Below, in pieces: positions 23,699 through 35,670 of a DNA stretch of 64,000 nt. The notes under the pieces were generated by a model. It ran no database searches and was not told the DNA's origin. It saw only the letters and a list, made by a program, of their open reading frames with translations. A program made the translations under genes and the position numbers. The DNA is from Diadema antillarum (lineage: Eukaryota): the NCBI RefSeq assembly GCF_040938485.1, contig NW_027271573.1, positions 124,001 through 188,000 of the forward strand. The letters are read 5' to 3'. How positions within the stretch are numbered: the first letter of the stretch is position 1; every line of letters starts with the position of its first letter.

Positions 23699-24981
23699 CA
23701 TTGTGTGTGTGAATGTGATGACAGTGTGGTAGTCCTATACGTAAAAGGCTTGCTCGTGCCAAGCCTTTTAAACAAGTGTCAGTGTTATCACAACAAATAA
23801 ATGAATAAATGATGAAATTACAATCCAATGTTCAAAAAAGTCAACTATTCATGCTCTCATGCATTTGCGATTGGCTCTTACGGCTTTCCATATTAAAATG
23901 CAACCGAGCGGCCAGGTTGATTTATGACTACGATCACATTTTTCAGAGCAACTATCATAACTGTGACACAAACCGGGACACATTGAGATCAAAACATCAG
24001 TTGTATGAAGTACATGATGATAAATCGCTTCGTATCCATAACAGGAGAGACTGAGACTAACCCAAGAGAATAATCATTGCGGCACCCCGGCTTCGGTTTC
24101 GGTTTCAGTTTCGGTTTCAGTTTGTTTTATTTTTGCAAAAGGAAAAGAACCTTTGTCACGTAACACCAAATCGACTATTTTCAGGTGCGTAAACCGCACA
24201 TGAAAATATTCAAGAAAGAGAAAGAAAAAAGTTAGAGACGCACTACGACTTGAGTGAGACAAATGTAACAATTTCAATTTGTTATACAATTCGGATTTTC
24301 TGTTATATTTTGAAATAAACTGGACAGGTATTTCTCAGCGGAATTCTATCAGCTCGTGGTGATTGAATACATTTGTCAGCTTAGCGACACCATGAAGCAC
24401 GTGGAAGAATTTTTATACAATTGTAATTCTATGTCATTCCGTCAACCGCTGTTTTGAATTCAAGGGCTTATTTGAACTTAAATAATTAACAAAATCAGCA
24501 CTGGTCATTTCAAGATGTTCCAACTGAGCTTAGCGACAAATAACCTGAGATTTACTTAGCCATTTCCTGTCTGGGCGAATAAGTAAATTCAAATCCACAA
24601 AGCACGAAACAACTAAACCTAGATCAAGGCCCATCGCTACCTATACGTCATTATTTGTGCATCGTCCTAACTTTCATTCAATGACAGGTATTGAATGGTT
24701 CCCATCTTCACCCCCATTTTGTACCATTCAATATTGAACGTTCATTGAGTAGAGTGTGAATGTACTTGTACAGCATAATGACACCTACAGTTACACATCT
24801 CAGTTTTTCGTTTTTTTTTTTCAGTTTTCCAGCAAATTGCAAATATACATAAGTTTAGATAGCATTCAATCAATGTGTAAATGCTGGGGGCACATCCTCT
24901 TGAAGTGAAAATCTTGTGACCGTGCACACTTAACATAAAAAGCAAGTGGGGATGAAAAACCGAGTTTGACATTGAGAACAA

Positions 24982-25200
24982 GTCCACGAGTCATACGGCT
25001 CATGAGTCATACAGCCCATGAGTTCGACACTAGGTAAAAACAGCCCACGAGTTCGACACTAGGTAAAAACAGCCCACGAGTTCGACAGATATACACGGGG
25101 CTTAATGTGTCGATCTCGTGGATCTTGTTAGCTTAGTGTCGAACTCACGGGCTGTATGACTCGTGAGCTGTATAACTCATGGGCCGTATGACTCGTGGAC
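24982..25200. mobile_element. 219-bp palindromic MITE
   Basis: Perfect 18-bp TIR GTCCACGAGTCATACGGC / GCCGTATGACTCGTGGAC; internal repeats CACGAGTTCGACACTAGGTAAAAACAGCC occur twice. Confidence 0.85.
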
Positions 25201-25409
25201 CCGAAAAACCGAGGTAAGGACAAAGACAGATACAGAGACTTAGAGAGTTAAAGATAGAAACAAGGACAGGGACGTAGAAACGGACACACACACGGAGACA
25301 AACACCAGAGACCAGCACACAACATGATGTAATTCAGAGCATTGGTGCAGATTGATCAAATGTTTGCTCATGACCATCATACTTATGTTCACATTCTTTT
25401 TTTTTTTAG

Positions 25410-25666
25410 TTCTATTGAGAAGCCTGAATGTAGTTTAAAGAGCTCACCTTTCAAACACATTTGTTTGCATATCTTATAAGTCCACTTTTGGGATGGAGCA
25501 TTCCCTCTCTGTGTCAAATAGTTTTCTTTATAATGACATGAACTGCGTATATCTGCGTAATGACATGAACTTTCGTATATCTATGTATGACATGTAATAT
25601 GTTATGCTGTAATTGTATTTTTGTTGGAAATGAAATAAATGAAATGAAATGAAAATGAAATGAAAA
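25410..25666 (+). mobile_element. Degraded LINE 3' end with (GAAAT)n tail
   Basis: ATAAGTCC-containing hairpin-like segment, TATGT-rich UTR, then AATAAA and (GAAAT)n at about 25635-25666. Confidence 0.4.
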
Positions 25667-25734
25667 TTATGTCATTGTGCCCATCTAGAGTACAGGTTTC
25701 ACCATAATTCTGAGACAGATGCGCGTCCCTTTGG

Positions 25735-25971
25735 GGACCTTGTTCTTAATTTCGTCTCCACGGTAAAATGCCATGTCGACGAGCGATACATCTATTAATC
25801 TTGATTGGATATGCTTTCATGACTACGGAACAGAAACAAAGGTATAATATTGTAATTTTATCATCGCATTCCTCTTTTTAACTGGCCTGTCGTCAAAACC
25901 TTTCAGTCGTTTTGAAATGTGCTGTCTACAAAATGACCATTAAAGAGAACACACACACACACACACACACA

Positions 25972-26022
<51 letters not shown>

Positions 26023-26276
26023 TGCAGGCTTGAAGGACCTTGGTCTTAATTTCGTCTCCACGGTAAAATGCCATGTCGACGAGCGATACATCTATTAATC
26101 TTGATTGGATATGCTTTCATGACTACGGAAGAGAAACAAAGGTATAATATTGTAATTTTATCATCGCATTCCTCTTTTTACCTGGCCTGTCGTCAAAACC
26201 TTTCAGTCGTTTGAAATGACCATTAAAGAGAACACACACAAACACACATACACACTATACATATATATATATAGAT

Positions 26277-26319
<43 letters not shown>
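25735..26319. repeat. 300-bp-period tandem duplication including (CA)n(TA)n tracts
   Basis: 25735 onward matches 26035 onward with 3 substitutions, a 1-nt indel and a 16-nt deletion in about 200 bp of unique sequence. Confidence 0.95.
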
Positions 26320-26320
<1 letters not shown>

Positions 26321-26854
26321 TTTCTATATAAGTTATCGTTGTTCTCATTGTAATCATCATGATAATTAGATATGTCATCATTATCTTACTGGTACGAACT
26401 CTCAGCACCAACGTGTCATGGTACAAATTATTCATCATAGCCGATAAAAGTGACTGCATGGTCCCTAACGCCTCATATATCCATTCCGATTGAAACTCAT
26501 TTTCCTTGCTTCAGAGTTTTCACTACATATGGTATTGTCCCTGTCACGTGCCTGTTGAATTAGACTTTGAATCAAGATGTATTTAGCAGTATGAAACCAG
26601 AGAGACAATAAAATCCGCATATTTTGCTGGGTCTGCTCCGTGAATACTTTCATCTTATATTCTTATCGCATGATTTGAGTTTTAAACTGATAATTATGGA
26701 CAAAAAAAAAAAACTGATCCGATACCATCAGAAGATTGCTTGAAACTGAAATTGACCGAAAAGAGGGCCACCACCAATTCTGATGATACGTACTTTTTCT
26801 TTTCGTACATACAGACAAACTCAGCTAGCTGAAGAAAAGCTGACAACTGTGTGT

Positions 26855-26908
<54 letters not shown>

Positions 26909-28170
26909 AAATTATTAAACTTTTAAACCAATAGCCATTTAGGAAAGCAGTTCAGCAGAGGTATTTCTACATTTATTGACAAACCCTTCTGTAAAAAAAA
27001 AGAGAGTGATCTGTTGAGTCATGTCAGTTCTTTAAGTATTAACTGAACTGATTTTGCAATTAAAAGGAGGGCTGAAGATAGCCACTTTTCCTGGATTTGA
27101 TTTTCACCTGAGTGAAAAACAAAACAAAACAAAACAATAACATAAAAACACACAAAAAATAGAATATGTCTGAGGGAGTCAAAGAATGCATGATTAAAAA
27201 AAAATATCAAATGTTAGAAAAGCATTGAATACTGAAAAAAAAGACAACCAAACACAAAAAACACACTACTTTTGGACTTGATCGAATCATTATCCTAACG
27301 CATGAGGAACAAAAGGGATTTTTTTTTTTAATTGGACGAACCAAACAAGAAAATTTCGTGCAATGGGCGATATCGTTCATTATAGTTTCCTTTTTTACAC
27401 AAGGCCTTGCGTTCCGGTTTGATATCAAGCCTAATAAATGATGGCTAAGGTAAATGAAGCGTGTCAAATGAGATAATCTGCCCGGAGGATTCACGCCCAC
27501 TTTTTCTCTCTTTTTTTTCTTCTTTCTTTACTGCACGGTGATGCAGATCTAAACACACCGTGAGAGTGGATGTCTCACTGATCATGCTATAAAGCTATTC
27601 ATGCGAGAGGAATGGACGCGCCTTTTTGCACAGTGCCCTACGGGTAGAGCTTATTTACACAATATCACACACATTTATTTTGTCGTTCTTTTCTTTTCTT
27701 TTCTTTTCCTTTCCTTCGCAGGTAGGATCCACTGGGAGCGTGGAGACCACGCAACACCTCCTTCTCAACGAAGTAACTATTCCGCTCTCTGGAACTCCCG
27801 CGCGATCTTCCGACCCCTTTAAGGGGTAATCACTGCTTATCCCACGATTTTTGATCGCGAGAGCAGCGCACATATACCTGCAGGACAGAAAGCGTTTTAG
27901 AAAATTTGACGCTGCGTTGAAGCGCACTGCGAGGGTACATACAGCAGAAGCCTTTGAAGCTCAGTTGTTGTTGTTGGGAATTGGCGGGATCGGCTTTGAT
28001 TGTTTTGTTTTGTTTTGTTTTGTTTTGGGGCAAAAGTTTTCCCTAAGAGCACTGTTCTATCCTTATTCCTCTAAACAGGGTCTTTTCCCTTTCTGCTTTT
28101 CTTCAGCTAAAAACAAGCTGTTATGTTTGGGGTTTTTGTTGTGCTTTTGTGTTCTTGTGTGTGGGTGTAC

Positions 28171-28203
<33 letters not shown>

Positions 28204-29851
28204 CACGTAGTCCCCTATCTATTTTCTTTTATGCGAATGTTTCAAAAAGAGCACTATTTACATAAAGGAATGTAAATACGAAGAGACTTATGGCGATTAG
28301 GGCCCAATTGATTTTGATTGACTCATTTATCTATATTTTGGTACTAGATTTGCCATTAGAAGCTGTTCTAGCTTCAAGAACGAAAAACTTCGTGGACAGT
28401 TTAATTCAATAGCCAAAACAAAGAGAAAAAAATCATCCCAGTGTATCATTTACAATCATCATAGAGTAATAACAGCATTACATACCAAATTATACTTAAA
28501 TTTATTAAAATTTACTAAATACACTAAAATTTCAATTTCGTTATTTCCTCCCGGGAAAACAAGATGATATTTTGATGACCGAATTTTTAAAGGGAGATGG
28601 AGAAGAATTGTTTGTCAGAGAAGCAAAGAGTTAAAAGCGATTTATGAATACGCTCATAGTTTATTATCAGATCAAGTATACCAGGGCATACTCTTGAGCA
28701 AAGTACTCAAATAATTACTATCACTGGTACTGACACTTGAAAAATTGTACATGAACTTTGTCCAAAACTGCCTTCTCTCTCTTTCGCTCTCTCGTCACCT
28801 TTATCATTTGGAAGTTTTAGATGCTTAAGGGTTTATTACGCATTTTATGGTATGCTTAGATCTCTAAAAGAAATTCTTGCAAACCAATGTGCATCTAGCA
28901 TTTCATAACTTAAAACACTAGATAACTTAAAACACTAGTACCGATATACACCAACAAATCATCACATCGCCCCATTAATGTCCTTGTAATCGTCACTATG
29001 ACGCCATCACACCAGCGACGGCTTAGAAACGAGAAATTAACGAACATCGAACACAACATCAACAATGGGCGATGTGATTGCATCTTTCATTATGAATTTA
29101 AACGCACGTTCAGTCCTAGATAACTTCCATTTTACTGGTAAATTACGATTTTGGCCAGGTAGCGCTGAGAGACGCGTAACCTTTTAAGATTTTACCGCTG
29201 ATCTTCAAATTTCGCTTTTCCTTGTTGGCGATGGCAGACTGACGATAACTATCTTCACTTCATGCCTAAATTTATAGCTCAGAGCCGAGAGAAATGTCAT
29301 GATGTTCTGAATTTAACGAGCAATCTTTTCAGACGGTAATAAGACTTCAAGAGTCTTCTACTTGTACCTTCATGCCTTTTTTTTCTTCCTGTCAACACAT
29401 TTATTCAATATCTTTTTTTTTTCATTTTTTCCTTCAAGAATGAATTAAGTAGATTCGGACACATTGTGTTGTTTAATTTTACGTCATTAACTGGCGATAA
29501 GGGATGAATATTAGATGTGACAAGATGAAATTTTCATATCCAAATTAAATATTACTTATGACAATGTGCATAATTATTGTTTTATTGTTGCACACGGCCA
29601 AAATTTAAAAACAAAACACACACACACCCACACCCACACACACACACACTCTCACGCACAAATACATAGACACGTAGTTTATGACCCCCAGAGCTTCTCG
29701 CTCAGTCACAATAATGTAATATTGACCATCACAGTAAGCACTGTGATTGTTTATGTGCTCGGGTTATGCCAAACTTAGTAGTTTTATTCAACTAAATTAG
29801 AAAACAAAAGGGGCCAAGCTGGTTTTTACCCTACATACAATGTATACTCAC

Positions 29852-30483
29852 GCGAGATCGTAGGTTCCGAAAGGTCGACCGTCGGGAGGCCAAACGATGT
29901 GGCACTGGATGCGTTCGACGCCGTCCACGTAGACGAACTTGTAGAGTCCACCAAACAGGAACAGCGGGCTCGTCCACGCGCCGGCTACGATCCAAATCGA
30001 TATCACGGAACCGATTATAACACGCTTTGGCAGGCGTGGCAGGAGCGGGTGCACAATGGCGCGAAATCGGTCCACCGTGACGGCCATAAGGGAGAGAATG
30101 CTGGCCACCGCCGAGAGATTGGCCAGGAATTTGGCCATCTTGCAGCCCACGCGGCCAAACGGCCAATTGTCCGTCACAATGTACGTGAACATCAAGGGCA
30201 TATCGATGGTAGCGATCATGGTGTCGGCTATCGCCAGGTTCAGGAGGAAGTAGTTTGTCACCGTCCTCATTCGCGGATTCGTCAGAACGATCCAGATGAC
30301 GATGATGTTGCCGAAGGCGGCGACCACCATGACGATCGTCGCCAAGATGCTCCAGCAAATGACGGACTCAACGCTGACCAGGCTCTTCGCGCTGTAATTG
30401 AAGTTGTAGACGTAAATGTAGGGAAAGGTAGATTCCGGAGCCGTATACACGCTCGCATTCTGAGACTCTAATCCGGTTTCCAT
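29852..30483 (-). CDS. TACR: Tachykinin (neurokinin) receptor-like GPCR, first coding exon (N-terminus, TM1-TM4, ECL2)
   Basis: ORF METGLESQNAS...[30 protein letters not shown]...WPFGRVGCK...SILSLMAVTVDRFRAIVHPLLPRL...QCHIVWPPDG closely parallels vertebrate NK1R ([27 protein letters not shown]...DRYMAIIHPLQPRL...CMIEWP). Kozak context ggcaccATGG. Strong donor GC|GTGAGTA with intron G at 29851. 632 nt = 210 codons + 2 nt. N-glycosylation sequons at N9 and N29. Confidence 0.95.
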
Positions 30484-31039
30484 GGTGCCTTCTTGAAATG
30501 CTTCCCAAAAAAGTGACTACTTTCCTCCAATCTAAAAAGCCAAGTACTCTAGCTCAATTGCACACATAACTTAGAACTGGATTTTAACGTCTGCGCCAAC
30601 AAAATATTGGTACTCTCCTTAGACTATTATAAGTGTTGATCTACCGCCAATTAGTCAAAAAAAATTTAATTGGCATTTTGGTTTGAATATGAATGTATTC
30701 TGTAATCATTGCGATTAGTCGTCATTTTGTGGAGCTATTTGTCGGCTTAAAACCCACTAAAAGGAAAGAAAGAAGAACATGATGCAAGTAATCCAAGTTC
30801 GTCCAATGAAACAAGCACGATAGCATCGACTTGAGCCTTTCCGCAGTCCTAAAAGTTAGAAAAAGATAAACACCCCAAAAATATCCGAATTTGAAGTGCG
30901 TTGTACCATTCTCACTTAAAGTTCAGTAAAAGTCCATCAGGTGTCTTGGTCCAAAACATGAGGATGTATAACCGGAAAACCTCCTACAGAAAGACAACTT
31001 ATTCAGTGGTGCAATCCGAATCCGAATAAATGAAACGCC

Positions 31040-31310
31040 GCAGTACATCACTCGGAGCAGCAAAGATTGCGTTCGGAATCGGAAGAGCGAGTGGAGACGT
31101 TCGCCCAAACTCCGTGAGGCGTAGACACTGCCAGTCAACTCAGCGCTCGTAGCGCGCGAGACGATTCTTCCTCTTCTTCTTCCTTTTTTTTATAAGTTCA
31201 AGTTTCGGGCTCCGTTGTCGAGGAGTAGATGCGCAGACGGACTCTGCGCACGGGGATGTCACATCGGGGAGGGAAGGAGAGGCGGCGGAGGAGAAGCGAC
31301 ACCGGAGTCA
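31040..31310 (-). promoter_or_regulatory. Putative core promoter of the receptor gene
   Basis: Locally CpG/GC-rich segment about 0.6-0.8 kb upstream of the ATG. Minus-strand TATAAAAA at 31194-31187 and an 8-bp inverted repeat TGCGCAGA-cggac-TCTGCGCA at 31230-31250. No transcript evidence. Confidence 0.45.
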
Positions 31311-31867
31311 TTAACTGAATCAGGATTTGAGGCGTGAAAGAGGAGCAAAATGTTGTTTCATGGGAACTCTCTTGTCTGTCTGTCTGTCTGTCTATTCGTC
31401 TGTCTCTCTCTTTCTCTCTCTCTCTCCCTGCGATGTTCGCACTGCCTGTGGGGACGTGAAGTCTTCGATCTTTCGCTAATGCGTGGTATTCTTACCTCCC
31501 GTGTGGATGCTTCACCTGCGGAACGTAACGAAGACACGGTTAAGCCTCACAAATACGCTCAATACTGTTTGTCTAGTGCATATTAGTATTGTGACTATCG
31601 ACAAATTCTCGTTTACCACCTATCGTATGTAAATGAAAGAGTGCAATTAAACTTTTAAAAGCATTCACTATCATAAATGTCTATAATTATATTTTTCTGA
31701 TAAAAGGAACAAGAAATGAAATGATTAAAGAATGACTATTCAGATTATTAAAAATACACCACACACATACGTGAATATAGTAGCTATATCTGTCTGTCCA
31801 TCTATGCCAACACAAACACACACAAAAACACACACTCACACACACACACACACACACACACAAACAA

Positions 31868-31902
<35 letters not shown>

Positions 31903-33595
31903 AACGAAACTGTCGCGAGAATTAGCGAGGACGTAATGCTCTTTTGGTAAGAAGTGTGCGTATGATCATTAGTTTAATTAGTTTTTACACTGCGTCGTAA
32001 ATTGCCATACGAAGTTGGTATCTACAATTGGTAATAATGAAAGTTGCTGAGATGAGCAGCGTGTTTGGAGAAGTGTAATGAAGAAACCAGAGAGCATTAA
32101 ATAAGAGCCAGTGGTAGTGAAGAAAACAAACAACTCGAAGTCCTCGTGTGAGAATCGGCAGGGATTGGATTATGAGACCTATAAGGAAGCTTTCGGCATC
32201 TGCAGGGGAAAAAAACGGGAAAAAAGCACGGAGGCAGCACTCATAACCAGTTTGGGGATGCGTAACATTTTTGTATACTCTCTAAAGGGTTGTTTAAAGG
32301 CAAGACCGTCAGTTTGGCCTATCAAGGTGGGTAATTGATCGCCAAAGTACCCCCGAGAAAAGTAGCTCCTGTTTGCACTCTCGAAAAATTGGAACGCGCC
32401 ACCGGACGAGGGACTGGGCCTCGATTTGTACATGTCATCTATAGGAAGGACGACAGACAGATGCAGTACGCGTACGTGCTTGAATATGCACGTGTGTTGA
32501 CGAATGGTGCACCAGGTGTGTTGACCCGCACCACGGGGTAGTTGTGTTCTCTTAGCGGTGTTCACATGGTGGCCGGCAATACGACTTGCTATACAAATAT
32601 AACTATATCTGAAATCGTGACCCCAGATTTCGAGGACAGAATTTCCATGGTGCAATCTCACTGATTTTTAAAAGCGTGTGAAAATTCGTACATTTGTATT
32701 TACAATCTATGGTATAATCACCGTAGGATCTCACAAAACTTGAAAAGGTAGCGCAGTTTAGTCCCAGACATTGGGTGATTATATTCTGCAACGGAGGTAC
32801 ACACACAGGGTCATTAGGGATACATGAACATCACCTGATGATATTGACGTGCTCTTTGCCGCTGTAAATGAACAAAACTTGTTTGCTTCTCGCAAAATTG
32901 TATTGATATTTTCCCGTCATCATTCAGATATTGCTTTTTTTCTTGTGGAACACCCCCTATCCGCGTTATTCCGCTGGTCGGGGTGTATGTACGGATGTAT
33001 GTATGAATGAATGAATGAATGAATGAATGACTACCGGTATACTTATCTCTGTATGTGGATTTCACGACGTAATTGCCCGTCCATGTCATGTTTGTCGCAG
33101 TGCCTTTCCTTTGATCATTCCTCATGTATCATATCACACTGAACTCGTTCTTGTTAAAAATCGAATTGCAGATTTTGCTCGATCCTGAAGTGATCTCAAT
33201 CAGATATTTACTTTATGGATTCAAGCTAGGATGTTGCAGTCATGATTCCAGTACATAGTACCGTCTACACTGGCGGCTTTTTTCTGTCATAGCCCGACTG
33301 TGTGTTGGCATTTAGTGTTTGCATATTTATGGTCCCCCATATGAGACATGATTTCTAAAAGTAAGTTAAAGTGATTTACAACGTACGTTTAGTTTTTTCT
33401 TTTTTAATTAAAAGTATAATAAGCCCTATGTGGTGTGGAATAGTAATGAGTTTAATGATGATAATATGATGCTATGAGTAGTATTCATGTACAATCGCCA
33501 GTAGTTGAAGTAGTTGTTGTTGCTGCTGTGTAGCAGTAGTAGTAGTAGTAGCAGTAAAAGAGTAGTAATTGTAATAAAAATAGAGATTATTTTAA

Positions 33596-34576
33596 CCCTA
33601 TAAAGCCCAAGCTATTTTGACCCCTTCCAGGCCCAAGGGGGGGGGGGGGGGCACATTGTGCCCCTATATAACTTCTTTATTATGATGTATGACCGTCATA
33701 TTTGGCACATATGTAGAGCAACTCATACTCTACGTGACCCAATATTTGAAATTTCTCAAGGTCATCCACTAAGGGCGCTATTTACTAAAATATAAAGAAA
33801 TACATAGGAAATGCGCTATAAAGTCATGTGTTTTCTTTTTATTTCTTTATCCCCAGTATATATGTTTTTATCTTATATCAATCATTTTCACATTTACTAC
33901 AAAGGAAAAGCAAGTCAACCTTCACTATTTGTTGTGGTTGAAATCTATCAAGGTCAACATGTGGGGGCGCTATTCATTACAATATAAAAACATTTAAATG
34001 AAACCTATGATGTATTGCTTGGAATGGGTACATATATTGGTATCACATTTTATATTTCCAAAATATTGAATTCTAAGCTTGCAGATTGATAATAAGATAA
34101 ACAAATGATATTACAGGCAAAGTTTGTGTGAAAATAACACAAAATAAAAAGGTAGTCTTTGAAAAATGCTGTATTTTCGATTATTTCTATTATATCTATT
34201 GTTTGATGCCTATGTCATATAAAACTAAATGAAATAATAAGACTACCATTTCAGGGTAATTTACAATCCTAAGTACTTCACATTTTGGTCATTCAGCAAA
34301 TTACAGCCAAGAAAACCCCCATTTCATCCATTATTATATTGTTAACTGAACTTGGAACAGAAAATCATGCAAAATCTGACTAAGATAGTTGTCAGTTTAC
34401 GGTTGCCATGGCAACCAGCAATATCGGATATATCTAAATTTTATATCAAAATGTTTGCAATAAGATTTTAGAAAAAGTCAGCAAATTTGGTGAAATCGGG
34501 TAAAGGGTGTAGGAGTGGCAAACGAAAATATGGTAGGGGGCACAATGTGCCCCCCCCCCCCCTGGGCTTTATGGGG
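33596..34576. mobile_element. Non-autonomous piggyBac-like element (981 bp)
   Basis: TTAA TSD (33592-95, 34577-80); CCC...GGG termini; TIR CCCTATAAAGCCCA vs CCCCATAAAGCCCA; subterminal GGGGCACA(T/A)TGTGCCCC palindromes at both ends; no ORF. Confidence 0.88.
34401..34416. promoter_or_regulatory. Perfect RFX X-box palindrome inside the piggyBac-like element
   Basis: GGTTGCCATGGCAACC contains the consensus X-box GTTGCCATGGCAAC; function untested. Confidence 0.55.
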
Positions 34577-35670
34577 TTAACAGCGATGTTACTTTCAACC
34601 ACCCGAGTTGGTCTCTTCAGTATCAACATCTCTTTCTTTAGGGGCCCTTTAAAATACCCGGGCAAGATTCAAACCATGGACAGACACTCTGACTTAAAGT
34701 CATTGTCTAGTCCCCTGTAATAAAAAAAAATGGCCTTCGGAGTTGGAAGCTGTCACAAAGGCAGGCACAAAGCCATTCAAATATGTCTAACTGAGATGTA
34801 TAAACTACTCCCACACGCACGCGCGCACATGAATAGCACAGTATATTGATTGTTATCCTTTATGTTCCTCGCAGGCAGACGAGCAAAGCAATTCATCCAC
34901 GCCCAAGAGTTTGTTACATATCTCCTCAATTGACGGAAAAGACAATTTTCCTTTTATAACTCCACTTTATAACTATCCCACTTCATCCTTTGCGTGTTGA
35001 TAATCATGTCTACGATGACTCGTTCAACCGAACTATAACTACTTGTAGCCTAATTACCGACGAAGGTACACAAAGTACTTCGCATACTATATAGGACGAC
35101 ATGATTTCGAGTGCTGTCAATTATCAATGTATTCGCGTCATATCTAACAATAGTACGTTATTCTCGATGTGACGCTTTTACGTATATAAGGCTGGTGATA
35201 CTCTCTTTCACGCGTTCATATTCGGAGATTTGTTTTCGTGGTAAACTTCTACTTCAGATGATTGTCTTACTCTGGATTGATCGAAAGCTTTTGAAGCCAT
35301 TTTTCTTTAATTTCATAAAGTTTCCTACTCATTTTACTATTTAAAGAGGACATGAAGACATTCAGTGCACTCCCGTTGTAACGAAGTCCTCAGGACGGCG
35401 TTTTCCTTTCGTTGAATCGAAATTTCGTTATAGCCGAACAGTAAAGTACATAAAGATATATATCAAGGTGATAATTTTGGGACCTGGCTTTTTACACTAT
35501 TGTAACAAGAATTAGTTATCACCGTTTTGATTACAAAGGCAGTGCACTGTACATGATGTTATTTTATTTTTCTTTTTTATTTATTTTTTGTTTTTACTAG
35601 CAATTTGATATTGTGCCTTGTGTTTTGCTCTTGCATGGGTTTTGGACGTTACGGACATTATGGGCGTAAA

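Larger units (their letters stand above)
2684..29851 (-). other. 27,168-nt phase-2 intron of the tachykinin receptor-like gene
   Basis: GT-AG boundaries; the phases of the two flanking exons are compatible and the joined protein is collinear with TACR-family receptors, so no extra exon is needed. Confidence 0.88.

Noticed and set aside
20851-25200. CRISPR-like appearance of the 72-bp repeats and MITE internal repeats
   Set aside because: Eukaryotic context, no unique spacers, no cas genes.
26402-26422. Partial REST/RE1 motif TCAGCACCA
   Set aside because: Only the left half matches; the GGACAG half is absent.
28905-28938. 17-bp tandem duplication ATAACTTAAAACACTAG
   Set aside because: Ordinary slippage duplication with no associated element.
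29831-30471. Long alternative-frame ORFs over exon 1 (+ 29899-30471, 190 aa; - 29831-30358, 175 aa)
   Set aside because: Shadow ORFs produced by the GC-rich codon usage of the real GPCR exon; no recognisable protein features.
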